Below are positions 46,339 through 49,337 of a stretch of 49,337 bases of DNA, in pieces. This DNA comes from an uncultured Pirellulales bacterium (GTDB lineage Bacteria; Planctomycetota; Phycisphaerae; Sedimentisphaerales; CAYZTY01): assembly GCA_964481525.1 (NCBI GenBank), contig CAYZTY010000003.1, positions 1 to 49,337 on the forward strand. Reading direction: 5' to 3'. The position numbers and the translations under genes are program-made. Numbering within the stretch: the stretch's first letter is position 1; every line of letters begins with the position of its first letter. Below the pieces are notes generated by a model. That model had not been told where the DNA came from. It saw only the letters and a program-made list of their open reading frames with translations, and did no database searches.

Positions 46339-47280
46339 ATGGGAACTCGGTTTCTTACTTTTATCTCAATAGCTGCGGGATTATGTATTATATGCGGCTG
46401 TGATAACAAAGGCCCAATTACTGGCCGGCCGGTCCGGACAGAGCAACACCTGGAGCCTAATGAACCAGTAGAAGATACTTCGTTACCGGACGTTAACGAC
46501 AAACCCCAAGACATACCGGCACCGGCGGTTACCTTTAATGAGAATTCGGCGGAGTTCTTAAGCCGTTATGTTGATGATGACGGGATGGTTGATTACAAAA
46601 AGCTCAGGCCGAAAAGAATGGAGCTGATACAGGTACTGAGGCATTTCGACCAACTCTCTACAAAAAAATATGACTCTTGGCCCGAGCCTGAAAAAATTGC
46701 GTTCTGGATAAACGCCTATAATCTTTGCACGATAAAAGTTGTTATAGATAACTATCCGATTCAGGCCTCGCGATATATGACCCTTTTCTATCCGGCAAAC
46801 AGTATCAGGCAGATTTCGAAGCCGTGGACTACGTACGAGTTTAGTATAATGCAGGTCAAATATACACTCCGGGAGATTGAACGGCGAATTTTGTTAAGGC
46901 AGTTTGATGAGCCGAGGTCATGTTTCGCACTATCGCATGCAGGCGTGGACATCCCGCATCTGCGTAATGAACCCTACACCGGGCGCAAACTCGAGAAACA
47001 ACTGGACGAGCAGGTAAGAAGCTGTATTGGAAATAAGCAGGGATTCAGCATCGACAGAGGTAAAGGAAAAGTCTATCTATCGGTAATATTCAAATGGTAT
47101 GCGGATGTTTTGTCGAAAAAATACGGCACCGACAGGAAATTCATCGACCAGCAGCCGGATGTTCGGACAGCTTTGAATTTTATCAGCAACTATGTCTCAA
47201 GAGTAGACTGCGACTTTCTGGAAAGAAAAGCTTACTCGATAGAATATACAAAATATGACTGGACACTGAACGAGCAATAG
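46339..47280 (+). CDS. DUF547 domain lipoprotein
   Basis: Lipobox LCIICGC, and the segments FWINAYNLCTIKVVIDNYP and REIERRILL typical of DUF547. The start was chosen at the ATG at 46339. Confidence 0.72.
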   Translation: MGTRFLTFISIAAGLCIICGCDNKGPITGRPVRTEQHLEPNEPVEDTSLPDVNDKPQDIPAPAVTFNENSAEFLSRYVDDDGMVDYKKLRPKRMELIQVLRHFDQLSTKKYDSWPEPEKIAFWINAYNLCTIKVVIDNYPIQASRYMTLFYPANSIRQISKPWTTYEFSIMQVKYTLREIERRILLRQFDEPRSCFALSHAGVDIPHLRNEPYTGRKLEKQLDEQVRSCIGNKQGFSIDRGKGKVYLSVIFKWYADVLSKKYGTDRKFIDQQPDVRTALNFISNYVSRVDCDFLERKAYSIEYTKYDWTLNEQ

Positions 47281-47373
47281 TGCTGCCGGACCTGCTTTTA
47301 CAAAAGCCGAAAGAGCGACGGCAGCCTCTTGGTAATATTTCATCAGATTAAGAGATTACAGGAGGTATAGAAG

Positions 47374-48591
47374 ATGTCAAAAAACCGCACCACCGGTAAG
47401 AAAAAATTCAACCAGAGAAAAACTTTATTCACAAGTGAATCGGTCACAATGGGGCATCCTGACAAGGTTGCCGACCATATTTCCGATGCCATACTTGACG
47501 CCTGCCTGGCACAGGACCCGGCAAGCAGAGTAGCGTGCGAGACACTGGTTAAAAACGATATGGTTGTTGTGGCAGGTGAAATAACTACAAATGCCCAGGT
47601 GGACATACCATCAGTCGTTCGAGATACGATAAAAAAGATTGGATATAACGACCCTGAGCTTGGATTTCACTATGACAACTGCGCAGTTATAGTATCGCTG
47701 GGCAAACAAAGCCCGGATATTTCGCAGGGTATCACCGAAGGTACCGGTCTACACAAGGAGCAGGGGGCGGGCGACCAGGGCCTTATGTTTGGTTATGCGT
47801 GCAGGGAAACGCGGGAGCTTATGCCGATGGCTATTCAACTTGCTCATGCGATTACGACCCGGCTGGAAAAGATGCGACAGACCAAAAAGATGCCGTGGCT
47901 TCGGCCGGACGGCAAGAGCCAGGTGACAGTCGAATATCACAACGGAAAGCCCGCGCGCATTCACACGGTAGTGGTATCAGCACAACATTCACCTTCGATT
48001 GGATACAGGCAAGTACAAAAGGAGATAATCGAAAAAGTCGCAAAACCTGTTCTGCCGAAAAAGCTTGTCGACAAAAAAACAATTTTCCATATCAATCCGA
48101 CCGGAAAATTTGTCACAGGCGGACCAAAGGGCGACTGCGGACTGACAGGCAGGAAAATCATCGTCGATACTTACGGCGGCAGGGGATGCCACGGCGGAGG
48201 CGCCTTCAGCGGAAAAGACCCCACAAAAGTCGACCGCACCGCCAGCTATATGGCACGATACATCGCAAAGAACATAGTCGCGGCAGGGCTGGCCGATTCA
48301 ATTGAGCTGCAACTATCTTATGCGATAGGAGTTGCAGAGCCTATTTCGGTGTTGGTAAATACGAATGGTACGGCAAAGGTTAGCGAAAAGAAGTTGGAGG
48401 AAATCATCCCGAAGATTTTCCCGCTGACACCAAAAGGAATGATTAAGTATCTAAAACTTAACCGGCCGATATTTGCCCAGACCTCTTACGGCGGACACTT
48501 CGGGCGAAAAGGCCCTGCCTTCACGTGGGAAAAAACTGATGCGGCAGCCAAATTGCGCAAAGCGGTAGGCCTAAAAGCAAAAAGCAGATAA
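47374..48591 (+). CDS. metK: S-adenosylmethionine synthetase
   Basis: [37 protein letters not shown] and [15 protein letters not shown]. Confidence 0.97.
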   Translation: MSKNRTTGKKKFNQRKTLFTSESVTMGHPDKVADHISDAILDACLAQDPASRVACETLVKNDMVVVAGEITTNAQVDIPSVVRDTIKKIGYNDPELGFHYDNCAVIVSLGKQSPDISQGITEGTGLHKEQGAGDQGLMFGYACRETRELMPMAIQLAHAITTRLEKMRQTKKMPWLRPDGKSQVTVEYHNGKPARIHTVVVSAQHSPSIGYRQVQKEIIEKVAKPVLPKKLVDKKTIFHINPTGKFVTGGPKGDCGLTGRKIIVDTYGGRGCHGGGAFSGKDPTKVDRTASYMARYIAKNIVAAGLADSIELQLSYAIGVAEPISVLVNTNGTAKVSEKKLEEIIPKIFPLTPKGMIKYLKLNRPIFAQTSYGGHFGRKGPAFTWEKTDAAAKLRKAVGLKAKSR

Positions 48592-48675
48592 AACAACTTT
48601 GTCATTCCTGCGAAGGCAGAAAACCATTGTGTCGTCACTGCAAGTTCCGTTCACCGGAAACATTTAATGTTTAAA

Positions 48676-49236
48676 TCAGGATGATATTACTTCCTTAAGG
48701 ATGTAAGGCAATAATATATACAGGCAGTGCAACTCGGCAACTATCGAAGTGCGGAGATATCCATTTATCAACCCCATATTTCTGAAACCCTGAACCCGAG
48801 GAAACCATCGTGGTACCTCCAACATATATCTACGATATGACTGCCCATACCGACGCAAAAGCTGACTTTCTTCGCAGCGAACGACGATGAAATACACTAA
48901 CGTACACCAAAGAATTGTGATAGGAATAAGCCACAGAAGTTCTGAGATGATAACTGCGGCAAGGCACATTAGTACATTGCCCACGTAGAGAGGATTTCTA
49001 ACAAATGAATACGGCCCTGTGGTAACCAAATGTCTGGAAACCTTTAGATGACGTTGTATATGCTGCTGTGCCCAGACGCGAAATGCGAATCCCAGAAGAA
49101 AAATTGAGGTCCCAAGCGGCCATATTAGCTCGTCAAGCTCAGTCTCGTAAGAAAAACAAAAAACGCAAAGAACCAACGGTGGGCTGATTAGAACACCTCT
49201 AAGATGATGAATCCGCCGAAGAAATGACCGTCTCAT
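48676..49236 (-). CDS. Isoprenylcysteine carboxyl / phospholipid methyltransferase-family membrane protein
   Basis: Four to five TM segments and the motif TTGPYSFVRNPLYVGN....E..L...YG..Y..Y. Confidence 0.72.
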   Translation of the reverse strand: MRRSFLRRIHHLRGVLISPPLVLCVFCFSYETELDELIWPLGTSIFLLGFAFRVWAQQHIQRHLKVSRHLVTTGPYSFVRNPLYVGNVLMCLAAVIISELLWLIPITILWCTLVYFIVVRCEESQLLRRYGQSYRRYMLEVPRWFPRVQGFRNMGLINGYLRTSIVAELHCLYILLPYILKEVISS

Positions 49237-49337
49237 TAATATCTCCTGTTCTCAATAGATTTCCTATGAATATTGATTTCCAATATTCCACTCTACTGCT
49301 GTATAATATAATAACCAAAATCGCAGTTCTAATCAAA

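Noticed and set aside
48592-48675. Short stems after metK (for example ctgc-gaag-gcag) as a terminator or repeat element.
   Set aside because: The stems are only 4-5 bp with no T-run and no second copy in the window, which is too weak to call.

Overview
This is about 49.3 kb of mid-GC bacterial chromosome, densely coded and mostly housekeeping. I found no rRNA, tRNA, CRISPR array, prophage or classical defence genes. The taxon is a guess only: the gene content (hyp maturation genes, thiH, rpoN, a sulfatase-TPR fusion, DUF547, a four-helix-bundle cassette, weak Shine-Dalgarno usage) suggests an anaerobic PVC-type organism such as Planctomycetota/Phycisphaerae.

Genes from left to right:
- hypE(partial)-hypD-hypC, a low-GC insert, then hypF.
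- An APC permease fused to a PTS-EIIA-like domain, then an IS200/RAYT-like gene between two GC hairpins.
- Flavin reductase, proC and ferredoxin.
- SRP RNA (ffs), two low-GC cassettes, then dnaX and recR.
- rpoN.
- A promoter, TPP riboswitch and terminator, followed by thiS-thiG-(DapF-like)-thiH.
- A GT39-like membrane protein, pgsA, rimO, an HhH-GPD glycosylase-like gene and a CPBP protease.
- Two hypothetical genes and a C-N hydrolase.
- A low-GC two-gene islet (a nucleotide-cyclase-like protein and a 78-aa protein).
- argC, rpsI-rplM, and cysD-cysN-phosphodiesterase-sulfatase/TPR.
- glmS, an ACT protein, a STAS protein and the five opp/dpp ABC genes.
- A secreted helical protein, a DUF547 lipoprotein, metK and an ICMT-family methyltransferase.

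Observations most worth a second look:
1. A DapF-fold gene inside the TPP-riboswitch-controlled thi operon has both catalytic Cys positions replaced by Ser.
2. A low-GC islet next to argC encodes a class III cyclase/GGDEF-like palm protein. That gene is bracketed by a perfect 16-bp inverted repeat.
3. The conserved ffs-dnaX junction is expanded by two low-GC cassettes delimited by a family of roughly 21-29 bp AT-rich repeats.
4. dnaX contains an A10 run with stop codons immediately downstream in both alternative frames, which is a candidate recoding site for a gamma subunit.

All functional calls come from motif recognition by eye. No database searches were run.
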